Shown piece after piece: positions 1 through 9,254 of a stretch of DNA of 64,000 nucleotides. Made by a program: the position numbers and the translations under genes. The notes under the pieces were generated by a model, which was not told the DNA's origin, did not search any database, and saw only the letters and a list, made by a program, of their open reading frames with translations. The first letter of the stretch is position 1. Every line of letters starts with the position of its first letter. Origin of the DNA: Candidatus Campbellbacteria bacterium GW2011_OD1_34_28. GTDB taxonomy: Bacteria; Patescibacteriota; Minisyncoccia; Phycocordibacterales; UBA12079. The stretch lies in the NCBI GenBank assembly GCA_001029775.1, contig CP011215.1, forward strand, positions 618,303 to 682,302, written 5' to 3'.

Positions 1-77
1 TAGTACATAGCAACCTCCTTCTTTCGTATGGTTTAAGCCGTCCTCCCAAGACGACCCTTTTCAAATTTTCTGTTGTA

Positions 78-106
78 ATTATAACAATAATTGTGGTAAA
101 TGTCAA
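78..106 (-). promoter_or_regulatory. Consensus sigma70 promoter for a gene starting at 8 and running off the left edge
   Basis: Minus strand TTGACA-17 bp-TATAAT, then a leader hairpin and AAGGAGG upstream of ATG at 8..6. Confidence 0.7.
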
Positions 107-232
107 TACTAAATTAATAAATAAAAAAGCCTTTTTCATATAGTAACAAAGGGTTTTTGTTGCTTATTTTTAGAATATATGTAATTCTTCTGAAAGATAC
201 CCTTTTAATAAAAATCAGACGAGGAAAACCTA

Positions 233-472
233 ATGCGAGAAAAAAAAATAGTGATTAATCCATTTTTCTACCCCCAAGATGATGCAGAAACAAAACAAAT
301 ACTTGATGAAATAGAAAATATTATTAAAAAATTGGACGAAAGAAAAAGAGAGATCAAAGAAACATGTCCTCATACGAAGAAAATCGATGGACATCTGGGA
401 ATTTTGGGCGAACCGCCTAATCTTGAATTTGGTCCCATATGTGCAAAGTGTAGAAATATTCTTGTCGATTAA
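233..472 (+). CDS. Hypothetical protein (coiled coil plus CPH...CxxC possible Zn site)
   Basis: 79-aa ORF, GAGG SD, downstream hairpin. Confidence 0.6.
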   Translation: MREKKIVINPFFYPQDDAETKQILDEIENIIKKLDERKREIKETCPHTKKIDGHLGILGEPPNLEFGPICAKCRNILVD

Positions 473-478
473 CTAACA

Positions 479-518
479 CAGCCCGTCGTAGCACAAAAGC
501 TACGACGGGCTGTTTTTT
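479..518 (+). terminator. Intrinsic terminator between convergent genes
   Basis: CAGCCCGTCGTAGC / GCTACGACGGGCTG stem followed by a T-run. Confidence 0.75.
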
Positions 519-547
519 CTAAAAACTAACAACTAAAAACTATTAAC

Positions 548-3004
548 TTATATAACAATATTCACCAATTTGTTCTTTACATAAATAACCTTTTTTGGTT
601 CATTCCCCGCCATCCATTTTTTAGACGCTTCTTGTTCCATTGCTAGTTTTTTCACATCATCATCACTTGTCCCCTCTTCTACCTGTATCTCTGCTCTTAC
701 TTTTCCGTTTATTTGAATCACAACTGTATAAGAAGTATCTTTCATCAAATTTTCGTCAAACTTTGGCCAAGGTTCGTTGTGAATAGAATTTGTATTTCCT
801 AAAATCTGCCAAAGTTCTTCTGTAATATGTGGAGCAAATGGAGAAAGAATTTTCAAAAAACTTTCATAATCTTGTCGTGCAATCTCTTCTTCCTTTTCCA
901 TATCATTAATCAATATCATCATTGCACTGACAGCGGTATTATATTTTAGATTATCAATATCATTTGAAACTTTTTTAATCGTCTTGTGCAACAAATTTTG
1001 GATTTTGTTTTCTACTTTCAACTCTCCACCTTTCACTTTCGAACTAAGTCTCCACATTTTCTCCAAAAATCTATACACCCCGACAATGTTGTCTTCGTTC
1101 CACATCACTTCATCTTCTAGAGGTGCGGCAAAAAGCATGTAAGTTCTAACAGAATCAGCCCCGAATCTGTTTACCATATCATTTGGATTGATAACATTTC
1201 CTTTTGATTTAGACATCTTTTTCCCTTGCCCATCCAATACCATTCCCTGATGACGCAATCTTTGAAATGGTTCATCAAAATTTACCAAACCGATTTTATT
1301 CATTGCTTTTACAAAAAATCTTGCAAACAACAAGTGCATATATGTGTGTTCTGCCCCTCCAATATACAAATCTACCGGTAACCATTTTTTGCGAGTTTCT
1401 GAGCAAAACTCTTTTTCATTATGAGGGTCGGGGTATCTCAAAAAATACCAAGAAGAATCCACAAAAGTATCCATAGTATCGTATTCAGGCACCCAACCTT
1501 CACCAAAAATTTTTTCTGTCCTTTCTTTCAGTTCTTTTGATTTTGCGAGAGGAGAGATCCCTGTTGGAACAAAATCTACATCCGCAGGCAAAGTCCATGG
1601 CAGATTTTCTTCGGGAACCAAGTGAGCTTCCCCATCTGGAGAATAAACAACAGGAATCGGACAACCCCAATATCTTTGACGAGAAATAGACCAATCACGC
1701 AGACGGTAATTAGTTGTCATTTTTCCTCCAACAAATTTTGTAATCTCTTTCTTTGCTTCTATATTATACATATCGGTAAATTTGCCAGAATTTACCAAAT
1801 AACCAGATTCCGAAAAACATTTTTTACCACTTCTCACATCACCGATAAACTCTAAAACCCCTTTTTGTTCAGAATGTTTAATTAAAGGATCACGGTTTTC
1901 AACAATCATTGGGCTTACAACTGGTTCTATTTTTAAATTATATTTCTTCGCAAACTCCAAATCCCTTTCATCATGCGCCGGCACCGCCATAATTGCACCT
2001 GTTCCATATCCACCCAAAACATAATCCGCAATAAAAACAGGGATTTCTTCTTGTGTTGCAGGATTAATAGCAAAAATTCCTTCCAGTTTTACACCGGTTT
2101 TTTCTTTCGCCTCGATTCTGTCCATCTCCGTTTTATTTTTTGCTCTCTCTATATAATTTTTAACCTCACCTAAATTCTGAATTCTATTTTCTAAATTCTC
2201 AATTATTGGATGTTCCGGAGCAAGCACCATATAAGTCGCACCAAACAAAGTATCAGGCCTTGTCGTAAACACCTTAATTTTAAGTTCTGAATTCTGAATT
2301 CTAAATTCTATTTCTGCTCCTTCACTTTTTCCGATCCAGTTAACCTGATTCTTTTTCGTATGTTCAGGCCAGTCTATCTTTTCCAAACCTGTAATCAAAT
2401 CATCTGCAAAATCAGTAATTTTGAAAAACCACCCGGGGACTTCTTTCTGAATAATCTCTGCTCCACATCTCTCACACTTGCCATCCACTACTTGTTCATT
2501 GGCAATAACAGTTTGGCAAGAAGAACACCAATTTGTCTTTGATGTTTTTTTGTAAACCAAATCGTTTTTATAAAATTGACTGAATATCCATTGAGTCCAT
2601 TTGTAATATTTTGGATCACTCGTCACTGCTTTTTCATCAAAATCATAAGCAAGACCCAACATTTTCATTTGACCAATATAAGTATTGATATTTTTTTCTG
2701 TTGTTTCAGCAGGATGAACTTTTGTCTTGATGGCATAATTTTCCGCAGGCAAACCAAAGGCATCAAAACCTTGTGGGTGCAAAACATTAAATCCCTGCAT
2801 CTTTTTGAAACGATAATAAACATCGCTCGCGGTATAACTTTCGGTATGTCCCATATGCAAACCGTCTCCTGATGGATAAGGGAACATATCCAAAATATAA
2901 TATTTTGGTTTTGAAGTATCGTCTTTATCTATTTTAAAAGCCCCTGTTTCCAACCAGTGCTTTTGCCATTTAGATTCAATATCTTTGTGATTATATTTCT
3001 CCAT
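548..3004 (-). CDS. leuS: Leucine--tRNA ligase
   Basis: MFPYPSG..LHMGH (HIGH), FTTRPDT editing motif, DWSISRQRYWG, KMSKS. Confidence 0.97.
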   Translation of the reverse strand: MEKYNHKDIESKWQKHWLETGAFKIDKDDTSKPKYYILDMFPYPSGDGLHMGHTESYTASDVYYRFKKMQGFNVLHPQGFDAFGLPAENYAIKTKVHPAETTEKNINTYIGQMKMLGLAYDFDEKAVTSDPKYYKWTQWIFSQFYKNDLVYKKTSKTNWCSSCQTVIANEQVVDGKCERCGAEIIQKEVPGWFFKITDFADDLITGLEKIDWPEHTKKNQVNWIGKSEGAEIEFRIQNSELKIKVFTTRPDTLFGATYMVLAPEHPIIENLENRIQNLGEVKNYIERAKNKTEMDRIEAKEKTGVKLEGIFAINPATQEEIPVFIADYVLGGYGTGAIMAVPAHDERDLEFAKKYNLKIEPVVSPMIVENRDPLIKHSEQKGVLEFIGDVRSGKKCFSESGYLVNSGKFTDMYNIEAKKEITKFVGGKMTTNYRLRDWSISRQRYWGCPIPVVYSPDGEAHLVPEENLPWTLPADVDFVPTGISPLAKSKELKERTEKIFGEGWVPEYDTMDTFVDSSWYFLRYPDPHNEKEFCSETRKKWLPVDLYIGGAEHTYMHLLFARFFVKAMNKIGLVNFDEPFQRLRHQGMVLDGQGKKMSKSKGNVINPNDMVNRFGADSVRTYMLFAAPLEDEVMWNEDNIVGVYRFLEKMWRLSSKVKGGELKVENKIQNLLHKTIKKVSNDIDNLKYNTAVSAMMILINDMEKEEEIARQDYESFLKILSPFAPHITEELWQILGNTNSIHNEPWPKFDENLMKDTSYTVVIQINGKVRAEIQVEEGTSDDDVKKLAMEQEASKKWMAGNEPKKVIYVKNKLVNIVI

Positions 3005-3041
3005 AATGTTCCCATTTTATCATAAAAATTTATAAGACTCA

Positions 3042-3087
3042 CACCTATCCCAAAATTTTAACGACCGTTAAAATTTTAGGATAGTTG
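3042..3087. repeat. CG-AC-CG-centred palindrome (22-bp arms)
   Basis: CACCTATCCCAAAATTTTAACG-AC-CGTTAAAATTTTAGGATAGTTG. Confidence 0.9.
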
Positions 3088-3115
3088 CGATACTTTATAA
3101 TACTTTGTTATCTTT

Positions 3116-3147
3116 TGCGATTTCATGCGATTTCATGCGATTTCATG
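3116..3147. repeat. 10-bp tandem repeat x3
   Basis: (TGCGATTTCA)3. Confidence 0.8.
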
Positions 3148-3166
3148 TTTTATTTTATAACCAATT

Positions 3167-3727
3167 TCACTTCAAACCAAATACCTCTTTTAACCATTTT
3201 TCATTTTCAATTCGATTAACCTCCATATACAAAACATCGCTATCAATAAAAATTTTTGTCTTCAACAAAAAAATCAATTCTTCGCATTCATAAGGAAAAA
3301 CCCAAACGCTGTTCTGCAATTTAACAAAACCAAGTCTATTTAAATTGGATCTGAGCAAATCCCTAAGACCTCTCTTTTTTTCTTCAACATCAAAAATTAT
3401 CACCCTCCATTTTTTGTCCCATTTTTTTGGTTTTTCTATTTTTAAATCTCCCAATTCATATCTTCCAATCAATTCATCGCCTTTTTTGGTAAGTTTAATA
3501 AATTCAGAATCACCTTTTCTAACTTTTTCTAGCATACCCTTTCTCAACAAATTCTTGATTGACTCATTCATATTATATTTTTCCTTAACCCATCTTTTTT
3601 TATTTGGGGAAAATTGTTTAATGACTTGAAGAGCATTGGGAGCCACGATAGCAACACCAATTAATCCGGCTGTCGCTACGGTCGTTAAAATAATTTTTTG
3701 AATATTTATATTTTTTGAATCGTCCAT
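3167..3727 (-). CDS. PaaX-like protein: winged HTH plus Cas2-like ferredoxin-fold domain
   Basis: LLRKGMLEK...IKLTKKG wHTH wing; WDKKWRVIIFDVEE...R..LR..L..LGF..LQNSVWV matches the PaaX central / Cas2-like motif. Confidence 0.8.
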   Translation of the reverse strand: MDDSKNINIQKIILTTVATAGLIGVAIVAPNALQVIKQFSPNKKRWVKEKYNMNESIKNLLRKGMLEKVRKGDSEFIKLTKKGDELIGRYELGDLKIEKPKKWDKKWRVIIFDVEEKKRGLRDLLRSNLNRLGFVKLQNSVWVFPYECEELIFLLKTKIFIDSDVLYMEVNRIENEKWLKEVFGLK

Positions 3728-3749
3728 TCATATATTTATAGCATAAATC

Positions 3750-3797
3750 TCACCTATCCCGAAATTTTAACGGTCGTTAAAATTTTGGGATAGGTGA
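3750..3797. repeat. CG-GT-CG-centred palindrome (23-bp arms), inverted relative to the 3042 copy
   Basis: TCACCTATCCCGAAATTTTAACG-GT-CGTTAAAATTTTGGGATAGGTGA. Confidence 0.9.
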
Positions 3798-3969
3798 CGG
3801 TTTATATGTTTTTTATATTTCATATTTTATATTTTGTATTTTGTATTCTATATTTTTGTAATTCAAAGTTTTCTAATTCAATTCAAAAATTTAAAGCCTG
3901 AGTATCAATTAATTCATTCTTTAAAATTTAAAAAGCCCCGATTGAGGTCGGGGCTTTTGTTTTGATAAC

Positions 3970-4377
3970 TTATGCCGTTGCTGGTGTCACAACAGGCTCA
4001 CTGTTAATTTTTGAAGGGTCATCTTCTTTTATGGCCGTAATAATTTTATTGACATATAAAATCATGACTTCCCTGTCTGGATTATATTTACAAGACTCGT
4101 AGTACAATTCCCAAAAAATAAATTTTGTTTTACCCACAACAAAATTATTGCAAATTCCTTTTTGAAAAAGCGGACATTCCTCACACCTAAAATTTGAGAT
4201 ATTTTTCACATCAAATTCAATACAATAACCACATTCACCTTTCAACCGAGGAGTAGTCCCGACCTGCAAAAAATCATCCATCATAGTTTGTTTAATCTCA
4301 AGCCATTTTTTTAATGAATTATTCCACCTTTCAGGCCATTCTTTTGAATAGACATGTTGCGGTAAATTTTTCGACAT
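3970..4377 (-). CDS. Hypothetical Cys-rich protein
   Basis: CGYC...CEECPL...C pattern, AAGGAG SD, terminator at about 3930-3958. Confidence 0.65.
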   Translation of the reverse strand: MSKNLPQHVYSKEWPERWNNSLKKWLEIKQTMMDDFLQVGTTPRLKGECGYCIEFDVKNISNFRCEECPLFQKGICNNFVVGKTKFIFWELYYESCKYNPDREVMILYVNKIITAIKEDDPSKINSEPVVTPATA

Positions 4378-4549
4378 TTCTCTCTCCTTACAAAAAGATT
4401 GTCATTTAAAATTCGTCTCTATTTTGAATATTACAATATTTGAATAAAAAAGTAAACAAAAATCGCCAAAGGCGATTTTTGTTTTTCTTTACAAACTTTA
4501 AGAACTTGCCTGCCGGCAGGCAGGCTTTATAAACTTTATAAACTCTTTT

Positions 4550-5101
4550 CTATTTGAATTTTCTTATACCTAGATAAACGAGTACTGCCAACGCAAGACC
4601 CAATATTCCAACTTGCAAAAATTCACTTGCAAACTGCCAATATCTAATTGAAGCAACTATGAATGCAAGAACTCCACCTAGTGGGAATGCTACTGAAACG
4701 ATAGGCTGAGTTGCCATCACAAATCCAATTACAATAGAGATTACACCCAGACCAATCAGAGTCATAAAAACATTTCTTTCATAACCCTCTTTCGCTGTTT
4801 GATACTCTTGATTACATGTGAAGTATAAATCACAATATCCTGGATTTATAACCTCTCCATTTTCGTCAAAAACAGGAATTGGCTTTTCTGGAGAATCACG
4901 GTAAATATTTTCATTCCACTGACCTCCCTGCTCCAAACACATTTCTCTTGTGTCTATTTTTTCTACTACTTGTTTATCTTGGCAAAACTCTTCGTACTTA
5001 GGTTCGCTATAAACAACTTTCATAGCATAGGCAAAGAATAGATTAAGAACAACAATTATTCCTAAAATCAATGCCCATTTTAAAACTTTATTTTCAATCA
5101 T
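4550..5101 (-). CDS. Hypothetical membrane protein (1+3 TM, extracellular Cys loop)
   Basis: Hydrophobic segments; CLEQGGQW loop. Confidence 0.75.
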   Translation of the reverse strand: MIENKVLKWALILGIIVVLNLFFAYAMKVVYSEPKYEEFCQDKQVVEKIDTREMCLEQGGQWNENIYRDSPEKPIPVFDENGEVINPGYCDLYFTCNQEYQTAKEGYERNVFMTLIGLGVISIVIGFVMATQPIVSVAFPLGGVLAFIVASIRYWQFASEFLQVGILGLALAVLVYLGIRKFK

Positions 5102-5324
5102 ATATTAATAAATAAGTTAACAAGCTATCAGCCGACAACTGACAACTACTTCTAATAGTTAAATTATAGCAATTTATAAGGTTTGTAGCCAACAGAGTGG
5201 GGTGTCTCGAAAGAAAAGCAGTTTCTGCAAATAGGGGTTTTATTTTAAATAAAAAACCGGTAACTTGCGTTACCGGTGAAGGAATTGTCTTAAAATTTGT
5301 TAATCGAAGGTTTGTTGTCTTTGA

Positions 5325-5861
5325 TTATTGGCGATTTTGACCGAAACCACCCAAAGTAATAAAACGATGTTTTTCCGAGACCAAATTATCATCATATGGA
5401 TGAATTTGTTTAAATATCTCCCCTTTTGTGAAAAAATAAAGATTTCCATCTTCAATAAAAGCTGCCATTGGAAATTCAAATGAAAGAAATTTAAACCCCT
5501 CGCAAAATCTATCGAAGTCTTTTTTTGAAATACAAATACCCAAGGACCATATTGCCTGATCCCTCAACAAACATTTTGCTTCCCTGACGGTCATCTCTTC
5601 CCTGACTTTCTCCCCGTCAGCAGAATTCTTATACAACTGTGTTATCCAAAAATCACCAAGACGATGACAATCTGCATTAAATGATCGACTCAATTGTTCA
5701 AAAACAGAATTGATTCTTTCGATAAAAAATCTCTTGTTTCCAAGAATTCGATTTGCCATTTCGAATGTCAAATGTTTAGTCGGAATGGCGTTAACCATTG
5801 TTGAAATAAGATCTTTCAACTGCCCAAGTGTTGCCGGTCGGACTGTATCATGTTCTCCCAT
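5325..5861 (-). CDS. Hypothetical protein
   Basis: 178-aa ORF, AGGAGAGG SD, hairpin at about 5255-5277. Confidence 0.65.
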   Translation of the reverse strand: MGEHDTVRPATLGQLKDLISTMVNAIPTKHLTFEMANRILGNKRFFIERINSVFEQLSRSFNADCHRLGDFWITQLYKNSADGEKVREEMTVREAKCLLRDQAIWSLGICISKKDFDRFCEGFKFLSFEFPMAAFIEDGNLYFFTKGEIFKQIHPYDDNLVSEKHRFITLGGFGQNRQ

Positions 5862-5962
5862 GATCTGTTCCTCTCCTTTTAACGATTAATAAAGGACTAC
5901 CAATTTATTAGAAATATAAACTAAAGATATGAATTTAACAACCCCTTCTAACCATTTCTGAT

Positions 5963-6079
5963 TTAATCAAAAATTGGATGAAGTTCGAGGAAACAAAAGA
6001 AAAAGCCCCGAGGCGTATGTTTATTACGACGAGGGGCTTTTTCTTGCAGTTGACGAAGAAATTCGTCAATTTTGGATTA
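5963..6079. mobile_element. ~117-bp MITE-like element, copy 1
   Basis: Imperfect terminal inverted repeats, internal nested stems, similar copy at 33600-33716. Confidence 0.6.
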
Positions 6080-7171
6080 AATCTTGAATTCAATAACATC
6101 TCCATCCTTCACAATATAAGTCTTCCCTTCTGTTCTTATCAAACCTTTTTCACGAGCACTTGCAATAGAACCAGACGCAATTAAATCTCTCCAATTAATT
6201 ACATCGGCTTTGATAAATTTATCTTTAAAATCTGTGTGAATAGCAGTCCCCGCCATTGGCGCTGTCCAGTTTCTTTTGATTGTCCAAGCACGACTTTCGT
6301 CTTCTCCGGTCGTAAAGTATGTAATCAGATCAAGCAATTCGTAACCTGCTCTAATCAATCCATCAATATCGTCTGCTGATCCCCCCAAGTGTTGTTTAAA
6401 TTCTTGTTTGTCATCAATAGAAAAATCTTTTAATTCGTGTTCTACTTCTGCATCCACAGTTACCCATTTTGAGTTTGTCTCTTCAAAAAATTTAATCAAT
6501 CTGTCATACCTATCGTCTTCCATTTCGTCCAAATTGTTTCCGCCAGATTTTTTATTCAAAACATAAAGAATTGGTTTCATTGTCAAAAGATGCACTTGCT
6601 TTGCTGTCTTCATTTCCTCTTCATCCAAATCAACAGAAGAAGCAAGTTTTCCATCGTTTAGCACTGTCTCTATTTTCTTTAGTACTTCTTTTTCTTTTAT
6701 CGCTACCTTATCTCCTCTTTTTACTTCCTTTTCTAAATTGCCCAATCTCTTTGTAACAGTTTGAGAGTCCGCCATTATCAATTCTAAATTTATCACCTCG
6801 ATATCGTCTAGCGGATCAATCTTTCCTTCAACGTGAATTATTTTATCATCTTCAAAAATTCGGACCATTTCGGCGATTGCATCTACCTCTCTGATATTTG
6901 CCAGAAACTTGTTGCCCAAACCTTCTCCTGCGTGAGCGCCTTTCACAAGGCCGGCAATATCTACGAATTCAATCGCAGCCGGAATTGTTTTTTGAGAATT
7001 TGAAAACGCGGTCAATTCTTCCAGTCTTTCATCAGGCACAGCAACAACACCCACAGAAGGGTCTATGGTACAAAATGGATAGTTCGCTGCTTCAACAGAT
7101 TTCTTTGTCAAAGCATTAAACAGTGTAGATTTTCCAACATTGGGCAAGCCAACGATTCCGATTGATAACAT
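6077..7171 (-). CDS. ychF: Redox-regulated ATPase YchF
   Basis: GIVGLPNVGKST, ANYPFCTI, DIAGLVKGA..GEGLGNKFL, C-terminal TGS (GKTYIVKDGD). Confidence 0.96.
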   Translation of the reverse strand: MLSIGIVGLPNVGKSTLFNALTKKSVEAANYPFCTIDPSVGVVAVPDERLEELTAFSNSQKTIPAAIEFVDIAGLVKGAHAGEGLGNKFLANIREVDAIAEMVRIFEDDKIIHVEGKIDPLDDIEVINLELIMADSQTVTKRLGNLEKEVKRGDKVAIKEKEVLKKIETVLNDGKLASSVDLDEEEMKTAKQVHLLTMKPILYVLNKKSGGNNLDEMEDDRYDRLIKFFEETNSKWVTVDAEVEHELKDFSIDDKQEFKQHLGGSADDIDGLIRAGYELLDLITYFTTGEDESRAWTIKRNWTAPMAGTAIHTDFKDKFIKADVINWRDLIASGSIASAREKGLIRTEGKTYIVKDGDVIEFKI

Positions 7172-7352
7172 AAGCTTAGTTTTTAGTCATTAGTTTTTAG
7201 TTTTTAGAAAAACCTACCAGCACAGGCAGGTTTATGAATGATAACTTTTTTAGCAAAAGAATTCAATCATTATTTGCATTTGCAAATTTGTTTATGTATT
7301 ATCTGGCAAGAGATTTGATCTAAGTATAATAAACAAAGTTTAAGGAGGAGAA

Positions 7353-7670
7353 ATGAGTAGAAAACGAGATATAGATCTTAATGGCGGAAAACTTTTGAAA
7401 AAAGGTCCCTATATAGCTTCTGCAAAAATATTTGAAGACACAGACAATTTGGCACTCTGCATAAACATAATCAACGAGGAAACAAGAAAAGTTACAATAT
7501 CTAAATGGTTTAATATAGAAACTCTTAATCTTGATGATAAAAAAGAAGATTGGCTAGCGCTAATGATTGCCCTATCTATGTTAAGCTCAGCAAAAGCAGG
7601 ACGAGAAGAAAAAGCAGAAGAAGTCAGAAATAGCTGGAAAGAATTGATGTCCGTTCTTGAAATTTGCTGA
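7353..7670 (+). CDS. Hypothetical protein
   Basis: AAGGAGG SD, upstream TTGCAA..TATTAT, downstream hairpin 7691-7717. Confidence 0.65.
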   Translation: MSRKRDIDLNGGKLLKKGPYIASAKIFEDTDNLALCINIINEETRKVTISKWFNIETLNLDDKKEDWLALMIALSMLSSAKAGREEKAEEVRNSWKELMSVLEIC

Positions 7671-7718
7671 GAGATCTAATTCTCCAAACAAAATCCCGCG
7701 GGTAACCGCGGGATTTTA

Positions 7719-7946
7719 TTATCCTAAAATATTTTTTAACTCTGATTGGTATTTTCCCATAACTTCCATTGTTGCGGACATTTGATCTTTTCCACCTTTC
7801 ATTTTTTCTTGCACCTCTGTGGCTATCTTTTGAAACAATTCTGGATTTTCTTCTATTATTTTAAATATTTTTTCTTGTTCAGCCTCGGGAACACCTTTCA
7901 TTTGAGACTTTAACATTTTTCGCATTAACATTCCTTTTAGTGACAT
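7719..7946 (-). CDS. Small Met/Lys-rich helical hypothetical protein
   Basis: 75-aa ORF with coding-like composition. Confidence 0.7.
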   Translation of the reverse strand: MSLKGMLMRKMLKSQMKGVPEAEQEKIFKIIEENPELFQKIATEVQEKMKGGKDQMSATMEVMGKYQSELKNILG

Positions 7947-8087
7947 AATTTCTAGTTTATAGTTTTTAGTCCTTAGTTTTTAGAAACGAAGAAACAAACT
8001 ATTTTATTTAAATTAATTTAATAAGCTTCAACAATAATATCACAAGATGACAAAAATTAAAAAAGTCGCCGAAGCGACTTTTGTGCA

Positions 8088-9254
8088 TTAATCAGTATTC
8101 CAAACTTTAAAAAATAAATATACCAAAATAAAGATTATCAAAAGAATGACCAACCAAATCCACCAAGGACTGTCTGAAAAGAAACCACCTGCCATAGCAA
8201 CATTTTTTAAATTGTCAGAAGCAGAAAAAGAACTCGTTGAAACGGTAGTGGTAGTACTTGTGACTTGTCCATTATTATCTTTATCATTTAAAATAAGAGT
8301 CCCCCCATCGGTCAATTTCATAACTAAATCCAAATCGTTGTCTGATAAACCTTCGTGAAAACCAGAATATCCTGAAAAATATCTTTCTTCCTCTGCACCC
8401 AATTTTTGATTGATTTCTTCTTCGGTCAACATTTTAAAACTATGTTCTATTCCAACTGTTGCAGGTGAAGCATGAGAAACGGCTCTATAATAATAAGTTT
8501 TTCCAGCCTCCAGATCAGCCAACAAAACCGAGTGATTCAAAACTTTTACCAAATCCTCGCTCGTGCCATAAGGATATCCATAATTAGGAAGTGATAAATC
8601 TAGAGAATAATTTTGTCCCTCCTCTCTGTAAATTACTTGACTCGTAGAGAGATAACTTGTGTTCCATTGAATTACCACGGAATCAAGATTTAACAAAATA
8701 CTTGTTTCATTCTTTATGGTCAAACCGCGTGGTGCACTTCCTCCTCCCCCACCAGCGCCAGAATTTACAAACACTCCTCCCTGAAAACCAATCAATAGAT
8801 CAAAAGTTGAGGAAAGTGATTGATATTCGTTCTCTTTTTCAGGAAGGAATGTAACAATAAAATCGTATTCGGCACTAGATCCATTATTTAAATTACCCAA
8901 ATTAATTTCGTCGCCATTCAAAAAATCCTCCAAAGAACCATTGAACAATTCGTTGTCCTCTCTTTTAATAATTAAATTTATGGCCTCTGACAAACAAGGT
9001 GTTTTATCGCAAGAGTTTGAATTAATTGCGGAAACAACAACAGTTTGAGATTTGCCAAGAGTATTTGTAACTTTTATATATTTTGTAACAGACTCACCTG
9101 GAATAAAATTTATTTCAGAAAAGAGCGGTGTACTTTCAAACTCTACGTCTAAACCATTTTCGGCATAAACAATATTACTAGTACCAAAAAACAAAGCAAT
9201 GAAGAAAATTATTATATTCAATTTTATTTTTAAAACTTTCATATTATTCTTCAT
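8088..9254 (-). CDS. Secreted protein with TasA-like N-terminal segment, FN3-like domain and C-terminal membrane anchor
   Basis: Signal peptide; NFIPGES motif; W.T......V.Y...H.V.L..L..G.TYYYR FN3 pattern; C-terminal TM. True start may be a downstream Met. Confidence 0.7.
   Translation of the reverse strand: MKNNMKVLKIKLNIIIFFIALFFGTSNIVYAENGLDVEFESTPLFSEINFIPGESVTKYIKVTNTLGKSQTVVVSAINSNSCDKTPCLSEAINLIIKREDNELFNGSLEDFLNGDEINLGNLNNGSSAEYDFIVTFLPEKENEYQSLSSTFDLLIGFQGGVFVNSGAGGGGGSAPRGLTIKNETSILLNLDSVVIQWNTSYLSTSQVIYREEGQNYSLDLSLPNYGYPYGTSEDLVKVLNHSVLLADLEAGKTYYYRAVSHASPATVGIEHSFKMLTEEEINQKLGAEEERYFSGYSGFHEGLSDNDLDLVMKLTDGGTLILNDKDNNGQVTSTTTTVSTSSFSASDNLKNVAMAGGFFSDSPWWIWLVILLIIFILVYLFFKVWNTD

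Noticed and set aside
3167-3727. CRISPR-Cas locus suggested by the Cas2-like domain
   Set aside because: No cas1 or effector genes and no repeat-spacer array anywhere in the window.
5978-6184. Similar 'MKFEE..' ORFs at 5978 and 33615 as a gene family
   Set aside because: They are translations of the MITE-like repeat running antisense into ychF and the PPIase gene.
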